NCBI GenBank assembly: GCA_020353515.1
Contig: CP070695.1
Location: 1,738,150-1,797,334 of the forward strand
Direction of reading: 5' to 3'
DNA length: 59,185 nucleotides
From: Candidatus Heimdallarchaeota archaeon
GTDB lineage: Archaea; Asgardarchaeota; Heimdallarchaeia; Hodarchaeales; Hodarchaeaceae
In this document: in pieces, positions 21,612 to 30,501 of the stretch
How positions within the stretch are numbered: the stretch's first letter is position 1
How the letters are laid out: each line of letters begins with the position of its first letter
Position numbers and translations under genes: made by a program
Notes under the pieces: generated by a model
Databases searched by the model: none
What the model saw: only the letters and a program-made list of their open reading frames with translations
What the model was told of the DNA's origin: nothing

Positions 21612-22412
21612 TTATTTGTATGCTCCTAGGTTTAACCCTTTCTCTTTTAGAGTTGCAAGTAACTGGTCAACTAATGTTGATGCATCATCATCCTTGAAAA
21701 CCACGCATTCTTCAGTACGGGGTGGGGGTGCCTCTACCTTGACAAAATCAACATTGGTGTCAAGAGTACCTGCCTCTAGGTCAGCTATTTCCCACACAGG
21801 AACCTTAGTCCGACTAGCCTGCATTATTCGCCTTACACTTGTATAGCGGGGTTCTTCAAAATCTCCACTAGAGGCAATACTCAAAACAGTAGGTAATTGA
21901 AGTTCGATCGTTCTAGTTCCTCCTTCAATAACTTTTTCGACTTTAACCTTACCACCATCAATTGTAATCCGTTCAACCCACGAAGCAGTAGGAAGGTCGA
22001 GGAACTCGGAAACCATGGGAGCCATTGTGGCTGTACCATAATCATAGCTTTGCATTCCAAACAGTACCAAATCATATGTTCCAATCTTTTTAACCGCGGC
22101 AGCTAAAACTTTTGCAACAGCAAAAAAATTGGTTACACGGGCTTCGGAATTTTCGATTCGAATAGCTTCAGTGCACCCCATAGCGATAGCCTCTTTGACA
22201 ACCTTATCGGCCATATCAGAACCTAAACACACTGCTGTTACTTTTCCTTCGCCTTTTTCTTCAACAATCTTAAGAGCAGCCTCTATAGCATGCTTATCAT
22301 AATTGTTTGTCATAACGTCAGCTTTATCATCCCGATCCCCTGGGAATATCTCATCTGGGGACAGGGGAGCATTTCGATCTATCGTTGCTTTTACAAATAC
22401 TATTATGTTCAT
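21612..22412 (-). CDS. etfB: Electron transfer flavoprotein beta subunit
   Basis: YDKHAIEAAL, AIAMG, DLVLFGMQSYD, EPRY. Directly upstream of etfA. Confidence 0.93.
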   Translation of the reverse strand: MNIIVFVKATIDRNAPLSPDEIFPGDRDDKADVMTNNYDKHAIEAALKIVEEKGEGKVTAVCLGSDMADKVVKEAIAMGCTEAIRIENSEARVTNFFAVAKVLAAAVKKIGTYDLVLFGMQSYDYGTATMAPMVSEFLDLPTASWVERITIDGGKVKVEKVIEGGTRTIELQLPTVLSIASSGDFEEPRYTSVRRIMQASRTKVPVWEIADLEAGTLDTNVDFVKVEAPPPRTEECVVFKDDDASTLVDQLLATLKEKGLNLGAYK

Positions 22413-22890
22413 GTTAACTATACATCCTCAGTATTTTCTCTTTGTTGAGCTCGTTTTAATGTACGGTGAGCAATAATAGTGATCAGTATCTCCTACATTG
22501 AGTTGGTGAGAAGAGACACTGAAAAACTCGGAGAAATAATAGTATTTAATCGCTTTTCATTCCTCTATTTTGCAACTTTTTGAAAGCTAGTAGAAATTAT
22601 AGATCAAATTTCTTTAGGGCAGTATCTTTTATTTCATAAGATAACCACTAAAAAACGATTTTGCAATTCAAAGATCATGAATTTCACTATTAAAGGTAGG
22701 GGACCCATTCAGAAATTTCAATATTAAGTTTAAAGAAAGAATTCTGCTTAGCATTTTTATCTGTGATGATTGAATAAATGATTTTACTTTTAAATTTCAT
22801 TTCTGCACTGATCACTTTGTAATAATCCATTAAAGGAAAAAGAAATATTCTTCCAACACAAGCTTAATCTTGATAAAGGAGTCGCTCAAG

Positions 22891-23286
22891 ATGTCATATG
22901 AACTTGATAGTAATGCTAAGTATTTCAAAGAACATGATTGGATTAGAGTGGAGGAAGATGGTACATGTTTAATTGGAATAACCGATTACGCCCAAAAGGC
23001 GCTAAAAGATATTGTCTTTGTGGAACTTCCAGAAGTTGGTGACACTGTAACATTTGGAGAGGTGTATGGTTCCGTCGAGAGTGTAAAAGCTGTTTCTGAT
23101 ATTTACAGTCCTATCTCTGGAGAGATTGTTGAGGTTAATGAAGATGTGGAGGACTCTCCTGAGATGCTTAATGAGGATCCATATGGTACATGGTTATTGC
23201 GTATTAAGCCATCTAGTCTTGATGAAGAATTAGCGAAACTCATGACCCCAGAGGAATATGAGGATCTTTGTGCTCAAGAAGGATGA
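22891..23286 (+). CDS. gcvH: Glycine cleavage system H protein (lipoyl carrier)
   Basis: [22 protein letters not shown] (lipoyl-Lys), NEDPYG. Start re-called at ATG 22891 after an AGGAG RBS. Confidence 0.95.
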   Translation: MSYELDSNAKYFKEHDWIRVEEDGTCLIGITDYAQKALKDIVFVELPEVGDTVTFGEVYGSVESVKAVSDIYSPISGEIVEVNEDVEDSPEMLNEDPYGTWLLRIKPSSLDEELAKLMTPEEYEDLCAQEG

Positions 23287-23454
23287 TTTCCTTCTTCTAT
23301 TTTCTTTCTCAAAGTTTTTTTTTCACAATTATTTCACTTTTTGAATACATTTCTTTCTTTCTGTTATAGATTCTAAGATTTCCTCTTAATTTCGTCATTC
23401 AGTCAGTTAAACATAAGAAGATGGGTTAATTTTTTTAGAATAAGTGGATTATCT

Positions 23455-25842
23455 GTGTTCTGTCGAATAGTAATTACAGGTGTTGTTCAAGGGATTGGCT
23501 TTCGACCTTTCGTATATAATGTTGCCTTGAAGCATAACTTAAAGGGTTATGTGCTGAATCGTGGGGATGCAGGTGTTGAAATTCAAGTTAAAGGAAGGAA
23601 AAATCAAATAGAATCATTCCTTAAAGATTTGAAAAGCAAAAAGCCATCACTTGCTTATTATGAAACCTTTGAAATTGAATATAATCCACCGTCTCTTGAT
23701 CAATACCAATACGACACTTTTCAAATTGCACCTAGCTCTTTCACACGTGGTTCCGAGGGATCTTATATCCCACCAGACCTTCCAATTTGCGAAAAATGCA
23801 TCTTAGAAATGCGATCAGCAGATCCAAGACGTAAGAATTATCCATTTACTTCATGTGTTGATTGTGGTCCTCGCTATACAGTTATAACATCTCTTCCTTA
23901 TGATAGACCAAGGACTACCATGGAAGAGTTTCCATTATGTCCTGAATGCTTAGTAGAATACACTAATCCAGTAGATCGCCGATTTCACGCTCAAACAACC
24001 TGCTGTTGGAAGTGTGGGCCACATTATTACCTGCTAGATAAATCTGGTGGAATTGTTCTTAGTAAAAAGGATTTTCAAGAGGAATGGCTAGATATTGTAA
24101 AAATATTAAATGAAAACAACATCATCGCAATAAAAGGTATAGGTGGTACTCATCTTGCTTGCCGTACTGGAATTGATGACCCCATTCTAAAATTACGTAA
24201 ATGGAAAGGCGCCCGTGGGGACAAACCATTTGCTGTTATGTCACCAAATCTATCTAAAGTTGAAACGTTCGCTAAAATCACCCCAGCTGAAGCAGAATTA
24301 CTTCAGTCTCTTTCAAGACCAATAATACTACTTGAGAAGAAGAAAGATTTTTCTTTATCTCCGTATGTATCACCTGGTTTACACAATGTTGGTGTCCTTT
24401 TACCATATACAGGAATCCAATTAATGCTTACGGAAAATGTTATTGATCCTGCTCTTGTCATGACCTCAGGTAATCCCAGCAATATCCCAATTTTAATTAA
24501 AAATAAGAATATACTCAACAAGCTTGCATCAGTCGTGGATTATTTTCTTCTTCACGAAAGAGAAATATATCAACGTGCTGATGACAGTGTCCTACGACTT
24601 CATATGAGTAAAGAATCAAAATATCAGTTACTCCTAAGAAGAAGTCGTGGGTATGTTCCTGAACCCATTCAATTACCATGGTCGTCTTCAAAGCGTTCAG
24701 TACTCGCCTTAGGAGCAGAAATGTATAATGTTGGTGCTTTAGGAATTGGTACCCGTTGTTTTCCAACCCAACACATTGGACATATGACCACGATTGAAAA
24801 TGTTGATTTCTTTAATACCACCATTGAACATATGAAAGGATTAATGGGCATCAAATCCTTTGATGCCATTGGTAGCGACCTTCATCCGCAATTTCTCACA
24901 ACAAAAAGGGGAGAACAGTTATCATCAGAATTTGATATTCCTTTTTTCCAATTTCAGCACCACTTCTCACATTTGGGTGCCTTAGCTTTAGATGCTGGAG
25001 TCAATCCTGAAGAAAACATCATTTGTGTTGCTTTAGATGGTACTGGTTATGGAGAAGATGGAACAATTTGGGGGGGAGAGATATTATTTGGTAATTACAT
25101 GGATTACAAACGTTTAGCTCATCTAGAAAAACAGGTACTCTTAGGTGGAGACCAAGCTATCTCTTACCCACATAGAATCCTCCTAAGTATTCTTCTTACT
25201 AATAACTCTCTTGATGACATAACGGCTGGTTTTCAAAAAATTCCATGGTTATCATGGATCACTGAAAGAAACGATTACCCATTAGTTAGTAGTCAGATAG
25301 AAAAAATCATTACAAACAGATCAATAAAAAGAATCCATATGACATCTAGTTGTGGACGACTTTTAGATACTATTAGTATTCTATTAGGTGCTGCAATGAA
25401 TCGTACTTATGAGGGTGAACCAGCGATTAAATTAGAGTCATTTGCTGAAAAAGCAGTAAATAAAACAGATGAATTTGACTTAGAGCTTAAAACACAATCG
25501 AAAACGAACGGAATGATTGAGATTCAAACCTCACCTTTAATCCAAGATATGTGGGAGCTTATTCAACGTAGAGTAAATCGTGAGAAATTAGCTTTGTCAG
25601 CTGAAAAGGCCATCGCAAGAAAATTTGCGGAGGTGGCCGTGAATCTTGCTGATAAACATGGAGCTACCAAAATTGGGATGTCTGGAGGAGTGTGTTATAA
25701 TCGCGTAATTTTTACTGAATTCTATAAACATATTTTTAAATATGGTAATTCTAATTCGTCTATCGCACATGAAAAAATACCTTGTGGCGATGGTGGAATA
25801 GCAATCGGTCAGGTGCCATTGATTTTAGCCAAAATCCTATAA
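23455..25842 (+). CDS. hypF: Carbamoyltransferase HypF
   Basis: GVVQGIGFRPF acylphosphatase domain, two CxxC..CxxC zinc fingers, KGIGGTHL, DLHP, QHHFSH, DGTGYG, GDGGIAIGQ. Confidence 0.96.
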   Translation: MFCRIVITGVVQGIGFRPFVYNVALKHNLKGYVLNRGDAGVEIQVKGRKNQIESFLKDLKSKKPSLAYYETFEIEYNPPSLDQYQYDTFQIAPSSFTRGSEGSYIPPDLPICEKCILEMRSADPRRKNYPFTSCVDCGPRYTVITSLPYDRPRTTMEEFPLCPECLVEYTNPVDRRFHAQTTCCWKCGPHYYLLDKSGGIVLSKKDFQEEWLDIVKILNENNIIAIKGIGGTHLACRTGIDDPILKLRKWKGARGDKPFAVMSPNLSKVETFAKITPAEAELLQSLSRPIILLEKKKDFSLSPYVSPGLHNVGVLLPYTGIQLMLTENVIDPALVMTSGNPSNIPILIKNKNILNKLASVVDYFLLHEREIYQRADDSVLRLHMSKESKYQLLLRRSRGYVPEPIQLPWSSSKRSVLALGAEMYNVGALGIGTRCFPTQHIGHMTTIENVDFFNTTIEHMKGLMGIKSFDAIGSDLHPQFLTTKRGEQLSSEFDIPFFQFQHHFSHLGALALDAGVNPEENIICVALDGTGYGEDGTIWGGEILFGNYMDYKRLAHLEKQVLLGGDQAISYPHRILLSILLTNNSLDDITAGFQKIPWLSWITERNDYPLVSSQIEKIITNRSIKRIHMTSSCGRLLDTISILLGAAMNRTYEGEPAIKLESFAEKAVNKTDEFDLELKTQSKTNGMIEIQTSPLIQDMWELIQRRVNREKLALSAEKAIARKFAEVAVNLADKHGATKIGMSGGVCYNRVIFTEFYKHIFKYGNSNSSIAHEKIPCGDGGIAIGQVPLILAKIL

Positions 25843-25976
25843 AAGAGAATCAAAGACATTATTTCTCATATATTTTTTGTCGGAAGATGTCCTCTTACGA
25901 ATACCTTTAAAACTGCTAGCTTTGTAATAACCCTAGAAAAGAATACCCGTTCTTTATCTCGTTTCTACAACACTCA

Positions 25977-26570
25977 ATGAGAGAAGTGAGGAAAATGACT
26001 GCTCCAGATGAACAGAAAGAAAAGGATTACCAAGATTATTTAGCTGATTTACATCATTCATTAAATCTCCTTAAAGACCAATCATTACAAGATCGCGACG
26101 AGTTATATAAACAATTGGCAACAGTTGAGGACGCATTGGAGACGGTTTTAAACTGGATAAAGCTGGAGAAGAATGGATTAAGGAATTTTGAGACCATTCT
26201 AGAATGGGCAGAAATTTTAGCCAAAGAAACCACAATTAGTAAAGATGAAATCCGCTATCGATTACGTGTTGTTTTACAACCTCAAGTCGAATCGTTTACC
26301 CAAAATCTCACTACATGCGAAATAAGTGCTTTAAAAATGCTTGATGCTGTTAACAAAGATTTAGAACAACTCCCAACTTTACTAAAAGATTTTCAGCAGA
26401 TGAATTTCAAGCTCTTAAGTATTTTAGGTTATGAACCAGAAAGTAAGACTTCTCATTTAGATTTAGCTCTAGCTAACCTCTATCAGGGACGCTATAAAGA
26501 ATATGAGAAAGAAATGCTCTCATTGAAGGAAAATTTAACTCCTCTTGACACAAAAGAAGAAGAAGAATAA
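25977..26570 (+). CDS. Alpha-helical/coiled-coil hypothetical protein
   Basis: 197-aa L/E/K/Q-rich ORF with no recognised motif. The start may be the second Met (25994). Confidence 0.7.
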   Translation: MREVRKMTAPDEQKEKDYQDYLADLHHSLNLLKDQSLQDRDELYKQLATVEDALETVLNWIKLEKNGLRNFETILEWAEILAKETTISKDEIRYRLRVVLQPQVESFTQNLTTCEISALKMLDAVNKDLEQLPTLLKDFQQMNFKLLSILGYEPESKTSHLDLALANLYQGRYKEYEKEMLSLKENLTPLDTKEEEE

Positions 26571-26632
26571 TCTGCATAGAAAATCATTAAGAACCTCTTG
26601 TATAATCTTGTTATTAAAGAAGGTAGTGAACT

Positions 26633-28579
26633 TTGTCACGTAAGAACCCCAAATTGATCTTCATTCAAAGTGTCGCCCAACAAGAGCGCCGTTTAAGCCA
26701 AGAAATATCGTCGGAAGCTAAATCCTCAATCAAAACTCTTCAGCAATTCCCTAAACCCTACTATACAATAGCTGATGTGGAAGATCTAGTCGAAAAATTG
26801 AAACAAAAGATGCAAAATATCAATAAGACTGCTCATACGGAATTCTCAAAAATAGGACTGAAGGGAGTTGACAATATCGATTTAGCTGATATCGATACTA
26901 ATGTCACATTAGTTTCAAATGAAGAATTTGAACGATTAAAGGTAGAGAATCAGGAATTAACAGAAAAATTGGGTGAGGTTAAAGCACTTGAAGCGAAAAT
27001 AGATGACTTACAAATCTTATTGGACGAGAAAGAAACGGAAATAGCTCAGCTGCATGATCAATCTGGCATTGCCTCAGGAAAAGTTACATCGCAAATTGAG
27101 GATCTAAATCGCCTCCAAGGCGCTCTTGATGAAGCCCAACGTGATGCCAAGCAAGCTCTACAAGACCGTGAAAAGATGGAAACTGAATTTGAAACTGTTG
27201 GAAACGCATTGATGTCAGCACGACTTGAAATCGAGCAGCTTCAACAAGTTTTAGGAAATAAAGATCAAGAATTTGAGACACTTATTTCTGAGAAGAATAT
27301 TCAACTTGAAAATCTGAAGTCAGAGGTGCAAATTTTAAGTTCTCACTCAGAAGAGAACATCAAACTGAAAGAAACCGTTATTGTTCTTCAAAACGAGATC
27401 GATAAATTAAAAGATGAACATAGAGTGCAATTAGAAGAAAATACAAGGAACAATAGCCAATTAGCTCAACAAGTTAAAGACATGGAACTTGAAACAAATC
27501 AACTTAAAGACCAAATTTCTAAATTAGAACAAGAAAATGAGGATTTACTGTTAGACTCTGGGGAAACGAGCCAAGAAGCTGTAGCTATTCGGGAAAAATT
27601 AAACGAAAAGCAACAAATTCTTGACCAGAAAGAAGAGGAAAATAGAGAACTAATGCTGAAAGTTGAGAGAAGGGAAAAAGAATCTGAACAACTTTCAGAA
27701 CAGTTAAATAATCTTAAACAGGAATATAAACAAGTAAAACAAAATTTCGAGATGTTAACACTAGAAATAACAACTCAAAAACAAGAACTAAGTGAGAAAA
27801 CAGTAGAAATTGAAGAATTGCAGGAAAAAGTAGACAACTCGCAAGACTTGGCAGAAACTGCTTTGACCTCCCAGCGTTTATTGAAAACAAAAGTAAAAGA
27901 TTTAGAGACAGATCTAAAGGGTAAAAATGAGCGTATCCAAGGAATTGAATCTGATCGAAATGAATTACGTGAATCTCTTGCCAACATGAAAATCGAACAC
28001 GAAAAGCAAAAATCCCTAATAACAGACCTTAAAACCCAACTTGGTACAAAAAGTCGTGAATTGGAAGAGGGTCAGAAAGATTTAGAATTATTAAGACAAA
28101 GACAGGAAGAGATAACCCAACAGGCAGATGATTCTCGCTCCAAACAAGCTGAGATTGCACGAGAGCGTGATAAATATGAGGGTACAATAAAAGATCTTCA
28201 AGCACAGTTGAAAGACACAAAATCAGAGAAAGAACGCCTTGATAAGAAATCTAAAGAAATCCAAGCGGAAATGACTGAGAAAGATGGTGAAATCCAATCT
28301 CTCTCAAAAACAATTAAACAGTTAGAAAATAAATCGACCAATTTAATGGCTGCTGTTGAAACTTTAAGGATTAACCTAGCCAAGAATCCTAAATATGCGA
28401 TTCTGTTTGTCCTTCAAGATATCCAACAAGCAACATTGAAGGAACTTGCTAAAACTGTTGCTATTCAGAATGTTTTTGCATCTCGCCTTTTGAAAGAGCT
28501 TGAAAATGAGGGATGGATTACTTTCAATGAGACAACTGGTCAGGTGACTCTGAAGAAAGCACTTCTAGAAATAGACTAA
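26633..28579 (+). CDS. Long coiled-coil protein with C-terminal winged-helix domain
   Basis: About 480 aa of heptad-rich E/K/Q/L sequence with no ATPase motifs. C-terminus KYAILFVLQ..ATLKELAKTVAI...ASRLLKELENEGWITF fits a wHTH. Confidence 0.8.
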   Translation: MSRKNPKLIFIQSVAQQERRLSQEISSEAKSSIKTLQQFPKPYYTIADVEDLVEKLKQKMQNINKTAHTEFSKIGLKGVDNIDLADIDTNVTLVSNEEFERLKVENQELTEKLGEVKALEAKIDDLQILLDEKETEIAQLHDQSGIASGKVTSQIEDLNRLQGALDEAQRDAKQALQDREKMETEFETVGNALMSARLEIEQLQQVLGNKDQEFETLISEKNIQLENLKSEVQILSSHSEENIKLKETVIVLQNEIDKLKDEHRVQLEENTRNNSQLAQQVKDMELETNQLKDQISKLEQENEDLLLDSGETSQEAVAIREKLNEKQQILDQKEEENRELMLKVERREKESEQLSEQLNNLKQEYKQVKQNFEMLTLEITTQKQELSEKTVEIEELQEKVDNSQDLAETALTSQRLLKTKVKDLETDLKGKNERIQGIESDRNELRESLANMKIEHEKQKSLITDLKTQLGTKSRELEEGQKDLELLRQRQEEITQQADDSRSKQAEIARERDKYEGTIKDLQAQLKDTKSEKERLDKKSKEIQAEMTEKDGEIQSLSKTIKQLENKSTNLMAAVETLRINLAKNPKYAILFVLQDIQQATLKELAKTVAIQNVFASRLLKELENEGWITFNETTGQVTLKKALLEID

Positions 28580-28629
28580 GTAAAAACGTATTTGTACTGA
28601 TTGTTTCACATTCAATCTGGGACGTTGAA

Positions 28630-29484
28630 ATGGATTTTAAACTAATCTTCAAATTATGTCAAGAGAATTTAATAGGTCTCGATAAAGAAATTCGGCTAAT
28701 CCTAGCCGCAATCAATAGTCACATCCCGACAGTCATTGAGGGGGAATCAGGGGTAGGCAAAACAGAATTGGTAAAAACTATCGCCAATGCTCTTAATCGG
28801 CCCTTTTTTCGCGTGGATGGTGATGAAAATCTTACAATTACCCATCTTCGGGGATGGTTTGATCCACCATTGGTTATGAAGACAGGATTTGGAGAGAAAA
28901 GTTTTATTCCTGGTCCCCTTGTGAATAGCATGCAACAGGGAGGGTTATTTTTCTTCAATGAGGTAAATCGCGCACCAAGTGAATCCATAAATGGTGTTCT
29001 TGCAGCTCTAGATGAACGGCAGATTGAGATTCCCCAACTTGGTCGCGTTCAAGCAACCAAAGAATTTTACTCTATTTTTGCGCGAAATCCTTCAGAATAT
29101 ATAGGAACAAATCCTTTGCCTGAAGCTTTCTTTGATAGATGTATTTTGGTTCGACTAAAACATAAATCTGGTGAAGAAGCAGAAAAAATCGTAAAACTTC
29201 GCACTAACTGTTCTGATAATGATCTAATAACTAAAGTCGTACTTTTTACGGACCAAACGAGAGTATCACCTTATTTTGAGGCTGGAGCGAGTGTTCGTGC
29301 TGCCATTCAACTTACTCAGCTTCTAAAGAATAGATCAATGACTCCTGAGCATGTTTACCCGGCTATCAATGCAGTTTATGCTGGTAAGGTACGACTTCAT
29401 CCAGATATTACTAAAGGTATAGAGGATTGCCTTTTTGAGATTGCAGAACCAATTTTCTTCCCTCCAGATTCAAAAAAATTCTAG
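28630..29484 (+). CDS. MoxR/CbbQ-family AAA+ ATPase
   Basis: Walker A GESGVGKT, FIPGPL, Walker B FFFNEVNR, sensor region RNP, LPEAFFDR, SVRAAI. Confidence 0.9.
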   Translation: MDFKLIFKLCQENLIGLDKEIRLILAAINSHIPTVIEGESGVGKTELVKTIANALNRPFFRVDGDENLTITHLRGWFDPPLVMKTGFGEKSFIPGPLVNSMQQGGLFFFNEVNRAPSESINGVLAALDERQIEIPQLGRVQATKEFYSIFARNPSEYIGTNPLPEAFFDRCILVRLKHKSGEEAEKIVKLRTNCSDNDLITKVVLFTDQTRVSPYFEAGASVRAAIQLTQLLKNRSMTPEHVYPAINAVYAGKVRLHPDITKGIEDCLFEIAEPIFFPPDSKKF

Positions 29485-29507
29485 GGCGGGACAAGGATCC
29501 CGCCTTA
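29472..29507 (+). other. Putative -1 programmed ribosomal frameshift signal (slippery heptamer + hairpin)
   Basis: A_AAA_AAA at 29472-29478 in the ATPase frame, followed by hairpin TAGGGCGGGA-CAAGGA-TCCCGCCTTA (29482-29507). The -1 frame is open into the vWA ORF. Confidence 0.7.
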
Positions 29508-29519
29508 CATGTTCAAGAT

Positions 29520-30497
29520 GTGAATATTCAAAGCTCCTTAGTTGAGAAAATCTATGAATATAAATTACAGAATAGGTTGAATACAGAAGAAGCCTTGAAT
29601 TTCGCACAACAAGCGATAGAAACACATAATCTACGTGCTGTTGAAATTATAGCTGAAAACTTTCCTCGAACTATTGTAGACGTTTTACAAACTGAGTCTG
29701 ATATGGCTAATATCATTTTAGAATCTAGTTCTCTATTTTTTCAGATTAAAGATTTTTTTACTCCTGAGGAAAAGCAATTATTATTAAAAAAAATCGTTCC
29801 GAAATTGTTTAGACACGCTGAAAGAATTTTTCAAGCTATTGATCGCTCAAAATATCCAGTTAAAATTCCATATACTCCTGGCATTTCTTGGCATTTAGAA
29901 GATACAATCGCAAATTTTCTTCTTTCAGGTGATTTTAATTTTACCTACAAACATGTTGTTTGCACTAAACGACAAAGAAAACAAAAATGTATTGTCTTGT
30001 TAATAGACAAAAGTCATTCAGTAATCTCTTCTCTTAAGCTGATAATTCTCACTTCGATTTTGTTCAGTCTATCCATGAATGCAAAAGATATTGCCTTAAT
30101 TGGTTTTGATACCCAACCAGAAGTAATAAAAGGGTTTATTGAATCTCAAATTACCACACAAGACATTATAACTCGTTTAGTAAATATTAGGTCAGGAGGT
30201 AAGACAAATATCTTTTCTGCACTACATGCTGTGAAGAAAGAATTCTCTCATCAAATTGGATATAAAAAAACACTTGTAATTATTTCTGATCTCCTTGCTA
30301 CAAGTGGGATGGATTTTCTACCTGTTCTAAAACAAATGGAGGATGTTCGAATTATCCTAACTCCTAGACGACGAACTCTTCAACTTACAGCTCCAATATT
30401 AGGAAAATTACAAAAATTACATAATATAAAGCTTTACTTGATGACAACTGATGAGCGATCAATTCCTGGACTTTTAGAGAAAGTCCTTTACGATTAA
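29520..30497 (+). CDS. von Willebrand factor A (MIDAS) domain protein, MoxR partner
   Basis: LLIDKSHS (DxSxS), IGFD, GGKTN, VIISD. GTG start without an obvious RBS; its frame is open upstream to 29439. Confidence 0.88.
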   Translation: MNIQSSLVEKIYEYKLQNRLNTEEALNFAQQAIETHNLRAVEIIAENFPRTIVDVLQTESDMANIILESSSLFFQIKDFFTPEEKQLLLKKIVPKLFRHAERIFQAIDRSKYPVKIPYTPGISWHLEDTIANFLLSGDFNFTYKHVVCTKRQRKQKCIVLLIDKSHSVISSLKLIILTSILFSLSMNAKDIALIGFDTQPEVIKGFIESQITTQDIITRLVNIRSGGKTNIFSALHAVKKEFSHQIGYKKTLVIISDLLATSGMDFLPVLKQMEDVRIILTPRRRTLQLTAPILGKLQKLHNIKLYLMTTDERSIPGLLEKVLYD

Positions 30498-30501
30498 GAA
30501 C

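Noticed and set aside
26633-28579. SMC/Rad50 call for the coiled-coil protein
   Set aside because: No Walker A/B, signature, hinge or zinc-hook motif.
29482-29507. Hairpin as an intrinsic terminator
   Set aside because: No downstream U-tract on the plus strand, and it lies between tightly linked partner genes. The spacing to the A7 run fits a frameshift stimulator better.
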